From: Eledone cirrhosa
Taxonomy: Eukaryota
Assembly: GCA_964016885.1 (NCBI GenBank)
Contig: OZ024740.1
Span: forward strand, 224,502,001-224,566,000
DNA length: 64,000 bases
Direction of reading: 5' to 3'
Both the position numbers and the translations under genes were made by a program. Each line of letters begins with the position of its first letter. The stretch's first letter is position 1. The notes beneath the pieces are model-generated. The model did not search any database. It worked only from the letters and a program-made list of their open reading frames with translations, and had not been told where the DNA came from. This document shows, in pieces, positions 1-15,115 of this stretch.

Positions 1-1753
1 GTAATAGCGCAACTAATCAGAGAGCGAATAAATCTAGATGAAATGCAGTTTGGGTTTGTGTCAGGTAAAAGTACCACAGATGCTCCTTTCATTGTACGAC
101 AACTACAGGAGAATTACCTAGCTAAAAGTAAACCCGTCTACTTAGCTTTTGTAGACCTGGAGAAAGCCTTTCATAGAGGCCCCTGCTCCATTATCTGGTG
201 GTCTCTTAGAAAACTAGGTGTAGATGAATGGCTTGTGAGAGCTACACAAGCCATGTATAAAGAAACAGTCAGCAAGGTTAGAATTAACAACGAATATAGT
301 AAAGAGTTTAGCGTAAAAGTTGGTGTTCATCAGGGCTCCGTCCTTAGCCCCCTCCTATTTTTTATCGCCCTCCAATCTATAATGGAGGAGTTCAAGACCG
401 GCTGCCCATGGGAAATTCTATACGCAGATGATCTAACGCTCATAGCCGAATCAATGGCTGAACTAGAGAAGAAATTCCAAACATGGAAGCATGGGTTTGA
501 ATCAAAAGGCCTTAAAGTTAACTTGTCTAAGACTAAAGTCCTAATATGTAGGAAGGAGAATAGGGCGCTGGTTCCATCTGGGAAATGCCCATGCTCAGTG
601 TGTAGGAAAGGAGTAGGCAGACATTCCATTTTATGTCCCAAATACAAAGTATGGGTGCATACAAGATGTAGTGGGATCACAGGTAAGCTAACTAAGAATA
701 TAGATTTTATATGTGGCCGGTGCTCTGGTGCAATAGGTAGCAGCAAATGCCCACAGAATATTAGCTCATTCCATTTCCCAGATGGTTCTATAGAAATAGT
801 GGACAGCTTCCGTTACCTGGGTGACAAAATCAGCAGTGTGGAGGGAGCTTAGAAAGTACAGTAGCCAGAGTCAGAACAGGATGGAAAAAGTTCAGAGAGC
901 TTATACCACTATTGGCCGCTAAAGGTTTCTCTCTAAAAATAAAAGGCAGGCTGCATGATGCCTGCATACGAACAGTGATGTTACATGGCAGTGAGACATG
1001 GACCTTGTGTGCAGAGGATCTGTGCAGACTGGAGAGGAACGTAGCTTGCATGCTCCGTTGGATGTGTAATAGTAATATACGCGAACGGCAAAACATAAAT
1101 GAACTAAATGAGAAATTAGGAATAAGAGGGATCAGATGTTGTTTACTCGAGAGAAGGCTACGTTGGTATGGTCACGTAATGCGCATGAAAGATGACAGCT
1201 GTATAAAAAAGTGCAGAGCGATAAAAAAAGACGGTAGTAACGGAGTAGGCAGACCCAGAAAAACCTCGGTCGACTTGGTAAAATCCGACCTCACACACTT
1301 ACACCTGTCCAAGACAATGTCACTGGACCGAGATCTATGGCACTACGTAGTAATACAGAAGACCCGCCTTGCCTAAGTACAAAGCGTAACCCACAGTTAG
1401 TAGGCACCTTTTAACCAAAATACACCCTCGTCCCAACCCTACACCACCCCCTTTCGATGTAAAGCTATGTTGGTACCACAACATCCAGTCCTAAATAAAT
1501 GAGGTCATGTAGGTGTCATGACAAAATAAACACACAGTCCACGCTGTAATGTGGCCGTGTAGGTAACACGGTAAAAACCTCCCAGTCCACACTGTAAACG
1601 TGGTTGGTGTTAGGAAGGACATCCAGCCGTAGAAAACCCGCCAGACAGTCCTGAGCAAGACAACCAATCTTGCCTCAAGTGGGACAATTCCTGTCCAGAC
1701 CCATGCTAGGGTGGAAAATGGACGTTAAACGATGATGATGATGATGATGATGA
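1..1753 (+). mobile_element. RTE/RTEX-type non-LTR retrotransposon, copy 1 (RT + PHD finger + C-terminus, 3' UTR, (GAT)n tail); runs off window start
   Basis: ORF 43-852 has QFGF..G.ST.D, AFVDLEKAF, GVHQGSVLSPLLF, YADD. ORF 912-1376 (frameshift near 845) has [25 protein letters not shown]. The 3' end cccatgctagggtggaaaatggacgttaaac is followed by (GAT)n. Confidence 0.95.
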
Positions 1754-4467
1754 TATAGAGAGAGAGAGAATAGGGAAAGTGATAGATAGATGGATAGATA
1801 GGCAAACATAAATGTGCATATAATTCATATGAAATTGTTGAAAGGTGTATTCATCTTTAATTCAGTTGATTAATATGTGACTTACTCCTTTTCACTTTAT
1901 TTGTAATATTCAACCTTTTTTCTGTGCATTATCCCTGGATGTAGTATACTTAATTTTGAAATTGAAGCTTCATATCATCTATGTAATTTATCATAGCTGC
2001 TAAAGCTTGTCACAGCTACATTAAAGCATGTCAATAAAGCCATTGTTAAATGTTAGCCTGTAAGTCTATTTATAATGGTCTGAAATGATTATTATCTTCA
2101 TGCCTAACAAACTTACAAGAACAAATTATACTAACCATTTAGATTGCTAATATTCACTGCACAGCTTTCCTTAAAACTCCATATTCAAAACCTGGTAATC
2201 TTTCTGTAAATATCACTTTTATAATAACCCTTCACTATTAATTTACATGTTTTATCATTAATATTTATTCCTGTATAACCTTCCAATCACAGCATCTATT
2301 TACTGGACCTTAATAGAGATTACATATTGATAAATCGTAGGGAAACTATAAGGTATAATTACACCTATTTCTTGATAACAGACTAAATTCTTTTAAATAT
2401 CACCCTTCCCAGCATAAGAATAGTTATTTGTTCCTTAGGTCTGTTTGCAGTAGGAAAGGGAGAGATTATAATTTCAATGTAAATTACAGCATCAAAACAC
2501 ATATACTGTGGTTATATTATTGCTACAACCTGCAGCTGCTTTTGTGAGAAATATTGTGTAAATATGCTATGATATTCATAATTAAGTTAAGTTTTGTCAC
2601 TTCTTGCTCATTGAACCACATCAACACACATATTTATGGCTCATGGAATTAGATTAATTTGCTTTCTCAAGGCAAAGTTTAGTTGCGTATATTTGCCCTG
2701 GCTTCATTCCAACTTCATCATGGAAGATGTTAAAAGAAAGGGAAAAAGACAGGATTTACTTCTAATAATTGCTACATGAGAATGAATAAAAAGTTTTCAG
2801 TTTGTAACATATATATTGTTGAACTGACTCTCTACAATAAGTATTTGTAGAAAAAAATATGGTGAGTGGTAATGTTGAGTTCATAGATCATGACAACATT
2901 ATATTCATTATAATCCTCATCATTTAATTTGTGATTTCCATACTGGCTTGAGTTGGAAGGGTTGTTATAGTCCATGTCACTTCATATTTCAAGTAACTGC
3001 TCTCCAAGATGAATGAAGGAAGACTATGCCTTGTTTGTACATTTCAAATTTCAGCATAGTTTCTATGACTAGATGCCTTTTTTAATACTAACCACTTTAG
3101 AGAGTGTACTGGTTACATTCTAGTGGCACCAACACTAGAAATGATGTTATATACTTGAAAAAAACAATAACTCAAGACCCCTCCCTATGCTACAGTGTCT
3201 CTGTTCAAGCATCTAATAATTTACTGAGTATACTGGATGCATTTTATTTTGCTGCCAGCTCTAGAGAGGTTACATTGTACTCTACAAAGCCAAAAGCATC
3301 CTCTCCAATGTATTAACGTTTTGTGATAAATATTGCAATAATTATTTTTAACTCATTTCACAATTATTTTAAAAAAATACTTAATTGAAAGAAATACAAT
3401 CTACAATGCGAAACTAAAGAAGGTATGCTATTTGGATTTCAAACCCAGTTTATTTTGCAATCAGAACATGCAGACATTTTGGAAACACACAGAATTCATC
3501 TCATGGGACAATACATTTGGAAACTGTCTTTTACTGTAATCTCATGTTTGTCATTGCCTGGAGAGTGGAATTAGGTCAATTGGAACTGTACAAAAGTGGA
3601 CAGTGTACATGAGCATGATACAACCCTCAAATTCTCTGTGGTGCCTTAATTTTCTGTGCATAGAAAACTGGATGTTAAATGATGTTTTCGATGTATGTGT
3701 GCTTGTGTATGTATGTATGCATGTATGTCTGTACAAGGGTGGGCTGAAAGGTTTATAGGCTTAGTATGAAACAGCATGCATTAATTTCAACTCTTCTTAA
3801 CTGCATTGTTTCCTTCCAGGGACTATATAGAAAAATATATCTCATTTAATCTTTCGACGAGATTGTCTTGGTCAGCCTATGAACTTTCCAGCCTTTGAAC
3901 TTATAGGTGTGTTGTGCGTATGTATACATGAATATATGTCTTAATGAAGACTAGGAGTCTCTCACTCTACAAAAAAAGAAGTCGATCTGATATAAAACCT
4001 GCTACTACGTTTGCACCCAATGATGTAGACCAGTTCTTCTTTATGGAGAAATGCATTTGGCACCATCCAAAACCTTTCTTCACTTAAAAAAGCTTCAGGT
4101 ACAGGCATCACTGGTCATAGGTAAGTCCCTAGTAGGACTAAATAAGCCACGTCCATGATGCCCATGCTCAAGTATCAAGTGATAGCATTACTTGAAATCG
4201 AGTTGCAACCATCATCATCATGTATGTATGTGTTTGTACATATGTAATGTCCCAATTTGTCCTGTAACTTAGCAGTTCAACATTTATAAATCAATAGAAT
4301 AAGTACCAGACTTAAATAGGTAGTGGAGTCAATATGACTGTCTAATCCCTTGAAAGTGGCATGCTAGTTTAGCTACAGTTCAGAGACTGAAACCAGTAAA
4401 GGAATAAAAGAAAAAAAATACAAAGAATGCATCTATAATCAATAAAAGAAGCATCTAAAGGATTTTC

Positions 4468-4649
4468 ATAATTGTTTCTACTTTTTGGCACAAGGCCAGC
4501 AATTACCCAGTGCATTACTGGTACTTTATTTTATCGACCCTGTAAGGATGAAAGGCAAAGTCAACCTCAGCGGGATTTGAATTCAGATCGTTAAGGGACG
4601 TAACTATGCTGGAAAGCATGGCATCCGACCCTCTACCGATACTGCCAAT
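4468..4649 (-). mobile_element. tRNA-derived SINE (octopus OK/Nin-domain-like)
   Basis: Minus strand: A-box-like tggcagtatcgg, B-box-like gaattcaaatcc, then gaggttgactttgcctttcatccttacagggtcgataaaataaagtaccag. Near-identical copies at 6560, 11187 and 23487. Confidence 0.8.
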
Positions 4650-5073
4650 TTTCATAATGAAAGCCAATTAGTTCTAAATTTTTATCTTCCTATAAATGGC
4701 TCCTAATCTGCTTGACCAACACGAATGCAAGTTTGGATTATACAAAACACATTTTAAATTGTAGCATCTCTTGATAAAACAATGTCTATCATATATTTCC
4801 TCCATACAGATAGAATTAGCTGAACATACTACTTGAAATAACATTATTCTAGTAGAAGTGTGAGATTATATTGGGAGGGCAAATGCTTACTTATTTGATC
4901 ACTTCTTACTTATTTGATCACTTAATCTGATATTAAAAGAAAAAAATATTATCCACTTTGCGGTCAGAGTTTTTATTCTTGATAAGTCTTTTAAGTGGAA
5001 CTTTGAATTTTCTCTTAATCTTTACATCAAGACATTACATCAAGATCCATCTTTACTCTGACCTAACACAGAT

Positions 5074-5113
<40 letters not shown>

Positions 5114-6559
5114 ATTTCTATCAGGATATAAGTATGTTAAATGATGATGATATATATATATATATATAAATTGGTGTGACAATGTGGTTATGTATGTGTA
5201 TGGAAAGCATGTACATACACTGGTGTTGGAACAATAAATTAATTGACCAATACATCAGGCTTTCTGGCCAATTGATTGCAACACTTTGACTGTGGAATAA
5301 ATCCTTCTTAGCAATATTTCAGTTGACATTCTCTGTGTGCAAATAAATGATCAATGCCTACTTTAACAGATCAACATTAGAGTTATATAATCTATAAGCC
5401 AATAACATGAATGATTCAATAATATCTGAAATAAAAGTGCCTTTTCCTTCCAAGTAATGGCAGTGTGGTTTAACAGCTTTATTGAAAATTGTTTTTCTGC
5501 AAACTTTGCTGCTAATTCTGAGCAATGGGAATCATATAAATTTCTATTGGGTTCTTATGCATGTATAAAATAAAGTATTTATCATACATTGTGCTACTAG
5601 CAGAAATAAGCTATCAAAATGGTTGCTGAATTACGATGCTCATGATGTTAACTGAAGCAAACTGTAACATGGTGTAAGCTGTGCTCAGAAGAAAACTTTA
5701 TGTGTGCAAGATTCTATCAGTCATATCAGCCAAGAGAACTTTCTTCAAAATGGATATATTAAAACTATGGCTTCCTTTTAAATGACCTATAAATAAAAAT
5801 ATTGATACTATCTAGAATAAGGATTTGTGTGCATGTACAGGTAGGAGACAGATAGAGAGAAAATGAAAGAAAGAGAAAGAGTTTGTATGTACATTTATTT
5901 CTTAGCACACCCACATATGCAGGTTTCATATATTATTAAAGAAAGAAAGAAGAAAAAAGAAAGGACTAAAATGTGATAGCATGTAATACATTTGTTATGT
6001 CTTTTATGTATAATTTGTTATAGCTATTACAGGAGCTGAATTGTCAGCATTGTTAGAGCATTACATTAAATGTCTCACACTATTGATTCTGGATTGTGAT
6101 GCTCTGAGATCAAATCCATGTTGAGTTCATCTTTTTGGGATTGGTAAGTAAACTATTAATACAAGGAGGTAGATTTGCAGAATAGTTATAGCATCAGACA
6201 TGATGCATTGCTATAACATTTTCAGCTCAGGCCTTTGCATTCTGACTTTACGTGTGACATCACTAGTGTTGAGCTGTATTGTCCTTTGTTTTCCCATTGG
6301 ACAACATTGCTGGAATGAAGACATGCATGAGTGACTGCTTGTTTTCCACAAAAACAAAAATTAACCAAGCTCATGTCTAGGAGAGGAGAAATCATGGGAT
6401 ATCTCCATAATTTATATTTATGCATTGAAAATTTAATATATATATTGATAATATATCAACAATGTTAATAGTAACCAGCCAGGGATCACCTTGGTAGCTA
6501 CGATATAAACTAATGCATTATAATGTAATAATATTCAACTTGAAACCTTCCATCATAAT

Positions 6560-6698
6560 ATAATTGTTTCTACATTTGGCACAAGGCCATCAATTACCCA
6601 GTACATTACTGGTACATTACTGGTACATTACTGGTACTTTATTTTATCGACCCCGTAAGGATGAAAGGCAAAGTTAACCTCGGCGGGATTTGAACTCA
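6560..6698 (-). mobile_element. Same SINE family, 5'-truncated at the B box
   Basis: Matches 4468-4583; contains an internal triplication of cattactggta. Confidence 0.8.
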
Positions 6699-9600
6699 TA
6701 ATATAACGTAAGTACTTTTAGTTATGTTATGTTCAGCATCATCATATTTATGATACGGGCTTGACAGTGTTAAGAAGTACCCTTGGTATGCTGGAGTCCA
6801 GGTGCTGGCAACCTCATGATCCCAGTGAACAGAATGGAGAGAGAGAGACATTGAAATATCTATTCCGATGCACAAGTTTCATCCCTGTGTGGGGGGCATT
6901 CTGGCCCAATATTAGTGACTAGGGATGATGTGTAGGTACCAAGAGCTGCTTCTCTCATTATCACAAATATTTTTGTTTAAAATATATATGAAACTATTTT
7001 ATATTTGTATAACTTTATCAAAATAATATTTAGATGGCATTAGTTCAAAATAATGTTTTGCATTGATGTAATTATATATTTATCCATTATTATTCATGGG
7101 CTTATAATTATAAGAAAAGGATAAGAATATCAAAATATAACTAAATATTACATGTAAAGTACAGTGTGTAAGTTGTAGTGTTTGTGACAAGATAAAATGC
7201 ACCAAGTACAGTTTGTAATATGGTACTGCTGTTGCTGCAATAAAATGCAACTAATACACTCTATTAAAAGTTAGTATTAAGAACTGGCTTCCAGCAATAG
7301 AAACTATGCCAAAATTGAAACATATGAGCAAGATATAATCCTCTGATTTGTCAAGTTCATAACAATGACAATCTATCCGACCCATGCTACTATGGAAAAG
7401 GAATGTAAGATTATGCTGCTGATGATGCTGATGATTATTTTTTATGACATTAGTTTAGAAAGACTGCAGTGTCCCTTCATACAGACATATCTAATTACAA
7501 ATAAGTAAATATGTGGGACCCCTGTTATGAATAGTGATTGATTATGAGGATGGCATCCTGTTGCTTGTCCATGTCCCTGAGAGGACAAAATCCTCAACAC
7601 TGTAAGACTAACAAATCACTCAGTAATTAATATATGGTACAGCAATTTCTTATTTCATTGTTTCAGTTCTACTAGGTGCATATATTAATACAAATGACGA
7701 ACCCTTTAGCAATTAGTTTCACACTACATTAACTTAAAAAGCTGTGTATCTTGTATAATGGGGATAGAGAAACAAAGAAAAAAGGAATTCTGATCCATAG
7801 AGTTCAGATTAAATTCAAATAATCTCATATTAGTAAATGTCTAAGACCTATTGGTAATAGTTTATATAAGGTTTATAAAGTAGTTCACCAATAAATCTCA
7901 TCCTGAGGATAATATGAAGTTAAAGATAAAGCTTTCATTGACTAATATGATGGTGAATTGAATTATCAACAACCATGATGGATGCCACTGGGCTAGATTA
8001 TAGTAAGAATGAAAATCTTAAATTTATATATTAATTCTTTGCTTAATTTAAATAGATGCCTTGAGGTATGGTTTCAATGAATGCTTAGCTTGTATTTATT
8101 TAGCAACAGAAATAATCTATACAATGAAGGGTTTAGTGACAAATCCTATCTAAATTCCTTCACATTTCTTTGACACTCTAAATCCTGTCTTGTTGAAATA
8201 TAAAATTTCAACACTGAGCAATAACATTTAAAATTCCAAAGTAACTGTAGCAAATGGCTTTGGAAAAGGCTTTGCCAATTATTCAATCTATAACAACAAG
8301 GCATTACTTTAGTCAAATATTTAATCCTGTTTCTTTCTCTATATATTATTAGTACAAGTAATCTGAAGAAAAAATTATGAATTGAATAACATATAGAACA
8401 CTTTGCAGTATTTGTTCTCATCCTGCAATGGTCTATCCCATCAAACCTGTCTTTCATCCTTATAGGGTCAATGAATATAGTTCTAATACTAGTGTCAGTT
8501 TTTCTCTCATATCAAACCCCAGTACTTATTGTTCAAGTTTGGTACTGAATTTATTGATCTATATTTTTGTTTAACCTCTAAGTTCCAGGACATAAACAAG
8601 AACAAAAGTACAAATGGAAATATAGACATAGACACCATACACAATGGGCTTCTGTTGTTTCCATCTATCAAGGTCCACATGCAAGCATTGGTCAGCTTGA
8701 AGATTTAGGAGAGACACTTGTCAAAGATGCTTTTCATTGGGACGGAACACAGAACTATGTGGTGGTGAAGTGAACTCCTTAACCATACTGCTATATCTGC
8801 ATGTAAGTATGTATGTGTGCCTGTATGTATGCATGTATGCATGTACGCATGTATGCATGCATGTATGAATGCATGCACACATACATGCACAAATACATGC
8901 ACATAAATACATGCACAAATACACAGTCATGTATGCACTAAGAAACACATATGCACACACATGTGCATGCATCCAACCACAAATTGATTGATGGTGGATT
9001 TGGCACTTGACTAAGAACAACAGAATAACTACATGAGAAAGTAAGATGTTTAAAGTTTGTTAGGGTTTGAATCCCATCTATGTTCACTTAATATTCCATT
9101 CCTTCACATTCACTCAAGAAGAGGTAAATAGGATTAGTTACAATGTACTTAGGGAACAGTAGAGCAGCATGATATATATATATATATATTATATATGTGT
9201 GTGTGTGTGCATGTGTGTGCGTGTGTTATTCTGGTGTTATAATTATGTAAGTATGTAGATGTGTGTGTGCATGCATGTATTAGAGTTACCAAAAAATTGC
9301 ATTAAGAACCATCTATTCTCCCTTTCATTTACAAAGGAAACTAATTTACCTTCTGCCTTAAGCACAATTACATTTGTATACATAATCTAAACTCCTGCAT
9401 AAGTTCAAAACTATACCATTGTCATCATTATCATAATTATTTCTGATCATATATCTTTCATTCCACTCTACATGAATGTTTTGCGCATTTTTCTGGCAGT
9501 ATCTTTTTCAAGTCCTCTTTGTGGTTCCTTCTTGATGATTCATGTGGCCTGATTGCCTCTAATTGCACATTTTTGGCAGTTTAGCATTTTCTCAGCAACA

Positions 9601-10171
9601 AGCTTGAAGACAGCTTTTTAATCAGACTATCTTCTTTCTCATCATATGCCTAAACCACACCTTCATACACCATTCTATCTCTCATTAATTCATTCTTTCA
9701 TTCTATCACTCAATAGCTTTCTTGATTTTTTTCTGTTTTTCATTCATGTATTCATTCATTCATTATTTTCTATCCTTTATTCTCTCTATCTATCTCTCAT
9801 TCTCTTTCCTTATGTCTCTGAGGCTTTGCATAACAATCCAGTCTGAATGAAATTGCTTTCAAATTATGTTTTCTATAGCTGAGATGTTTGCATGTTGCCA
9901 ACTAGTGTGTAAAGGTCAAAGTTGCACAAGCTACGGAAACATAGTTCATGTTATCTATCCTGTCTGGACTTAGTTTTACTTGTTGCAACTTAATATAATA
10001 TCATGAAACTACCTGCCAAACTTTCACTGATAATCTTCTCTGGATCTTTTAGAAAATCTTCAACAAAATCAAAATACACAGTTTAAATATATTATTTCAC
10101 ATGTAATGTTCAAAGATATAGATCTGTTAAGAACTTCTTGTCTCTCTTACTTTCTTTCTGTTTCCTCTCAG

Positions 10172-10190
10172 TCTTCTTCTTCTTCTTCTT

Positions 10191-10254
<64 letters not shown>

Positions 10255-10281
10255 TTCTTCTCCTCCTCCTCCTTCTTCTTC
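10172..10281. repeat. Compound trinucleotide microsatellite (TCT)n(TAT)n(CCT)n
   Basis: Directly visible. Confidence 0.95.
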
Positions 10282-10841
10282 GATATATACATACATGCAT
10301 ACATTTATAATGCGCTTGTATTATTGTACGTCACGCAAAGGATGTAACACATCTATGTTTCAGTATGTAAATATAAATACATAAATATAAATATATGTAT
10401 ATATTTATATTTGAAATATAAATATACAATATTTATGTATATACATAAAAATTATCAAAACTATAAAACGAATGCAGTTGAAAAGTATATACATCTACTC
10501 TTTAACCATCATGTTTACGGTACAAGACCAGCTAGTATATCTACAATACTATAGGTGATTATAGTGGGGTATTCCAATATTATTTTTGGTAAAGTGAGTG
10601 AAGCGCTGTGCACACTGAAATCCTCAATTCATAAGGAGTTTAAAACAGATTAATGAGTCTTTGGAAGTTAAAGTTCTTGTTGGGGACAGTTCAGGTAGCA
10701 GAGCATTAATATTCAAAATGTTAAAAGACCAAGTTTAACAACTTAAGGATGAATTTAAGTTGTTGGACATGGTCTTTTGTCATTTTGAATATATATATAT
10801 AATGTTATGTGTGTCTGATTGTCTGTCTGTGTGTGTGTATT

Positions 10842-10951
<110 letters not shown>

Positions 10952-11186
10952 ATAGATACATAGAATTATACCTGAAATTAGAAGTTTGGCCCAGTGATTG
11001 ATTGGTTCAACAGCATATGCAATAAGGAACATTGCCGTTTTATCTAATTCGACATCACTAATTATAACTCCTCCATCACTTTATCACTTCTCCTTAGAGC
11101 TATCAATTTCGCTAAAACACTCACAGTGGTTAAGGATTTCGAAGTTGATGTCATCCTCAATGCCTGTAAGTCGGTGATTAATTTCG

Positions 11187-11299
11187 CTGAGTTCAAATCC
11201 CGCCGAGGTTAACTTTGCCTTTCATCCCTACGGGGTCGATAAAATAAAGTACCAGTAATGTACTGGGTATTTGCTGGCCTTGTGCCTAAAATAGAAACA
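11187..11299 (+). mobile_element. SINE (same family as 4468) inserted in the PLE-1 RT, with a 10-bp TSD
   Basis: attaatttcg occurs at 11177-11186 and 11300-11309. Removing the insert restores SVINFDDSIW. Confidence 0.9.
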
Positions 11300-13204
11300 A
11301 TTAATTTCGACGACTCTATTTGGATTAAAAAATCTAATAGTACCCCATTCGACGTGAGTATGGGCGCCAGTGATTCTGCGGAGGTTACTGATCTTATCGG
11401 CTTTTTCCTTCTTTTCTCCATCAAGGAAGAATTCCCCAACGTGGGCGGTGGTTTGTACCGTGATGATGGTCTTTTGACCATGACAAATTGCGACCCACGT
11501 GCTTGCGACAGGTTCAGAAAATAACTCACAGCCTTCTTTAAAGGCTTCAACCTCTCCATACAGGTTGAGGCCAACCTATCGGTCGTTAATTACCTCAACG
11601 TTACCCTCAATTTGTCGAATGGCTTGCACTACCCGTATAGAAAGCCGCATGATACGCTTAATTACATAAGTAAGCATTCTAACCATCCTGCCAGCATAAC
11701 CAAGAACCTGGTAACAAACATTTCTTTGAGGCTTTCCCGTCTATCTACTAACGACCATTCCACATATTACAATGAACCTCTTGCTGAGGAGTGGATTTGT
11801 CGATAAGGTAGCATATACAGAGTACGAGAATAGACCTAGAAAAAATAGATCCCGACGCATTATATGGTATAACCCACCATATAATATGGAGGTGGCCACA
11901 CCATTAACTAAGATCTTTCTCTCCCTTATTATGAAGCATTTTCCCCCAACACATAAATATAGTAACATTTTTAATAGAAATACCATTAAAATGTTTTACT
12001 CTACGACTCCTAACCTTGCACATAACATTACAGCTTCAAATTTAGCTAAACTACCTAGCCGTAGGAACACATGCAACCTTGTAGCTAGTACTAAATGTAA
12101 TTGTAGTAATCGGGGTGCCCCCTATCTGGGAAATGCCTCTCTAGTAACATTGTCTACAAATATAAGGTTGAAACACCCACGTCCCGTAGGGTCTACATAG
12201 GGTTAACCGCCAATAGATTCAAGCAGCGCCTTTACATGCATACCCATTCTTTTCTTAACCCTTTAAGAAGGAATATGACGTCACAATCAGTTTATATCTG
12301 GAGTCTAAAAGACAACCACACCCAATATAAGTTACACTGGGAGATCCTAGCTGGGGCTAGATCGTATAACGAAAATAAAAGACCATGTGACCTCTGCGCC
12401 GCTGAGGCCCTGGAAATACTCTACGCCAAAGACGACATCTTAAACAAAAAGTCTGAGGCAATTTCGGCTTGTAAACATAAATTGCACAAAACTTTACTGT
12501 ATTACAGCTCCACATTATACCCTAACGGATAGTACGAACTATACGTGGATATTTTACGTTTTGATGTGGTTGCTAAGTATATGTTATGTTAATACCATTA
12601 CTTATTTATATAGGTAAGTATATATTACCTGTATGTTTTGTGAAGGTACGTATACTTTCTCGTACGTATATTTGATTGTATATGTTATGGTGTATATATT
12701 ATATATTCTGGTACATATGCATTTGGTTATGTGTATACGCGAGTTTTGCGTTTGTGTGAGTATGCGGGTTCGTACGTATGTAGGGTGTGTGTATATGTGT
12801 ACTTTGTGTTTTGGTTGACCTACGTCTTCGAACATATGTGTATTTACATGTAGGTATATGTGTGCGCGCGTTATATACGTATTTATTTATTTATATACGT
12901 TTATTTAATTATATGTATACACACACACACACACATATATATATTTTTTCTTTTTATATATATTTTTATGTGTATTTGGTGTATACATTCGTATGTGTGC
13001 GGGTACAGGCGTTTGCATGGGTTCTGTATGTGTGTGCGGGTTTTTTGTGTACGTGCTTGTATTTGTACACCTATGGCGAGTGTTTTCGCGTATGCTTGTG
13101 TATGTACGTATATGGATGCGTGTATGTATATATTTAATTTCAATTACCCCTGTATTTTATTTACATTATTCTTAACTCTGAAGCCGAGAACCATTCAGTT
13201 TCTT

Positions 13205-13487
13205 AGATAGAATGTTAGTCTACGACTTCAGTTATACCATAAACGTGGTTTTGTCTTTGCGAGCAATTGTTCTCCCCGCTCCACATAATGACGTATTATC
13301 TTCGGTTTTTCCATTCATTACCAGAGAACGTCTCCATGAACCACCTAATAGAATATTAGTCTACGACTTCTTTTATAGCATAAACGTGGTCTTGTCTTTG
13401 CGTGTAATTGTTTTTCACCGCTCCAAATAATGACATATTATCTTCGTTTTTCCCCTTTCTTTGCCAGGGAACGTTTTCACGAACCAA
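13205..13487 (+). repeat. Two diverged ~142-bp tandem units in the PLE-1 3' UTR
   Basis: tagaat(g/a)ttagtctacgacttc...gaacca occurs twice; the duplication is also present in the second copy at 21480-21760. Confidence 0.85.
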
Positions 13488-13516
13488 AGTATCGTCTTCC
13501 TGTCTTCCTCCGGTTG

Positions 13517-15069
13517 TATCAGATGAAAGAATGGTATTTAACTAATGTATTGGTACGCGATGTGGCCCACCCACAGCCCCGGCGGACAAAATGGAGAAGG
13601 CGTTTCCCCGGAGGACGGCAAGGGAGACGCGCTGGAAAAGCCACTTCAACTCGCGGGGCTCACACCCACGGCTGGCCAGCTCAGCGCCTATGGTGGTGAG
13701 TAAGGAGGTTACCCTGGGGCCGAGGACCCTATGTCGTCAAACTTGACGTTGCATATCCACTCGGCTGCTGCTCGGATACAAGTATCGAGGAGAGCGAGGA
13801 GAGATGTCTGGGTGTAGCATGGAGCGCTGCGGGGTGTATAGAGGAGCTTCGGGCATTGCGAAGGAGTTCTTCAGCAGAAAGAGAGCTGGGTGGCCGTCAA
13901 TCAAGTCCAGTCGGCTCGTGAGAGTCTGGAGCTGTTGAAGCCTGGACCTGATGGTGGAGCGGATGGCCGGCGGGTGGATCGGTCACCCGAGGATGAGGAC
14001 ATCTTCTTTGGGGGGTCACTTGAACCTGGCGGAGTATGGACCGCACGTCCAAGACGGAGGTTGCAAAGCTCGCAGCATCGAGGCTGACGTTCACCAACTC
14101 CGACTTGGCCGAGTTGACCTTGAGGCCGATTCCCGCCAGCGCAGGAATCACCGATTGAAGCTCTTGGCAGACCGTCCGTGCGGGTCCGACCAACTTAGCA
14201 TCATCCAGATACCAAACGTTGAGCGGGGCCGTGATATTCCGGGCGATGTGGTCAATACCAAGAGCGAACAGGAGGGGTCCCAAAGGGTCGCCCTTTTGGA
14301 CTCCAGTGTTCAAGAGTATGACCGTATCAGCAGCTAGGAGCATGCTCGGGGATCCATATGACAGGTAGGCCAGCGGGTAGGCAGAGGGGCCTGGCTGAGG
14401 CAGGCCTCGAGCAGATGATACCGGCGTAAAGAGTTAAAGGCATTCCTCATGTCAAGCTTGACAATGGGGTGCCTGGAGTCCCTGGATGCCGGTACGGATG
14501 GGCAGCTGCTGAAGAACTGCCTGATTGCATGAAAGGCTCCCTCACAGCCACCGGACACGCCGACACCCAGTTGCATCGGACTAAACTTCTCACCCAGTTC
14601 GTGTGTGACAGTCTTGCAGATCACCCTGGCAGCCAGCTTCCGGAAGACATTGTCCACAGCAATGGGGCATATGTCACCCTCTTTCTCCCTGAGAACGGTG
14701 AGGCTGGCCGAAAAAAAGAGGCCTCGGGCGTAAGGGTCAAGGGCACTATGAATGAGCCTATTGGTGTGCTCCACAATTGCACTCAGAAGGCGGCGCGCGG
14801 CCTCAGCGGAGAGGGGGATGTTCAACTCCTTGAAGTGACCTGGTCGGAGACCATCAACACCTCCGCAGCTGCTAGCTGGGAAGGACCTGATGGCGGACAT
14901 GATATCTGCATCAGTAGCCACAAGGTGGGGTCGGGTGGGGTTATGGGTCTGAAATCAGTGGGTGGCTCAGGGTGTTTGAGCCGCAGAGCAGCCAGCATCT
15001 CCTCGGTGGGTTGGAGGACAGCGTCCTCTGAGGCAACAACTCTGACTGCGGCCAAGACATCACCCATTG
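13517..15069 (-). mobile_element. CRE-clade non-LTR retrotransposon fragment (RT + extreme C-terminus), 5'-truncated and internally deleted
   Basis: SCGGVDGLRPGH, PIAVDNVFRKLAAR, QLGVGVSGGCEG, KLDMRNAFNSL, GVQKGDPLGPLLFAL, WYLDD, HPALFLLKNSF, then a jump to VLGPR...WLFQRVSLAVLRGNA. Markedly GC-rich relative to the flanks. Confidence 0.85.
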
Positions 15070-15115
15070 CAATATTTTGAAATATTTACTTCTGCGTTCA
15101 CAGATTGACTTTTTT

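Noticed and set aside
8146-8457. 103-aa minus-strand ORF
   Set aside because: No recognisable motif; it starts within a SINE remnant.
13430-15080. Plus-strand ORFs over the GC-rich block as host or bacterial genes
   Set aside because: They are antisense shadows of the CRE RT; the empty-site copy shows a genuine insertion.
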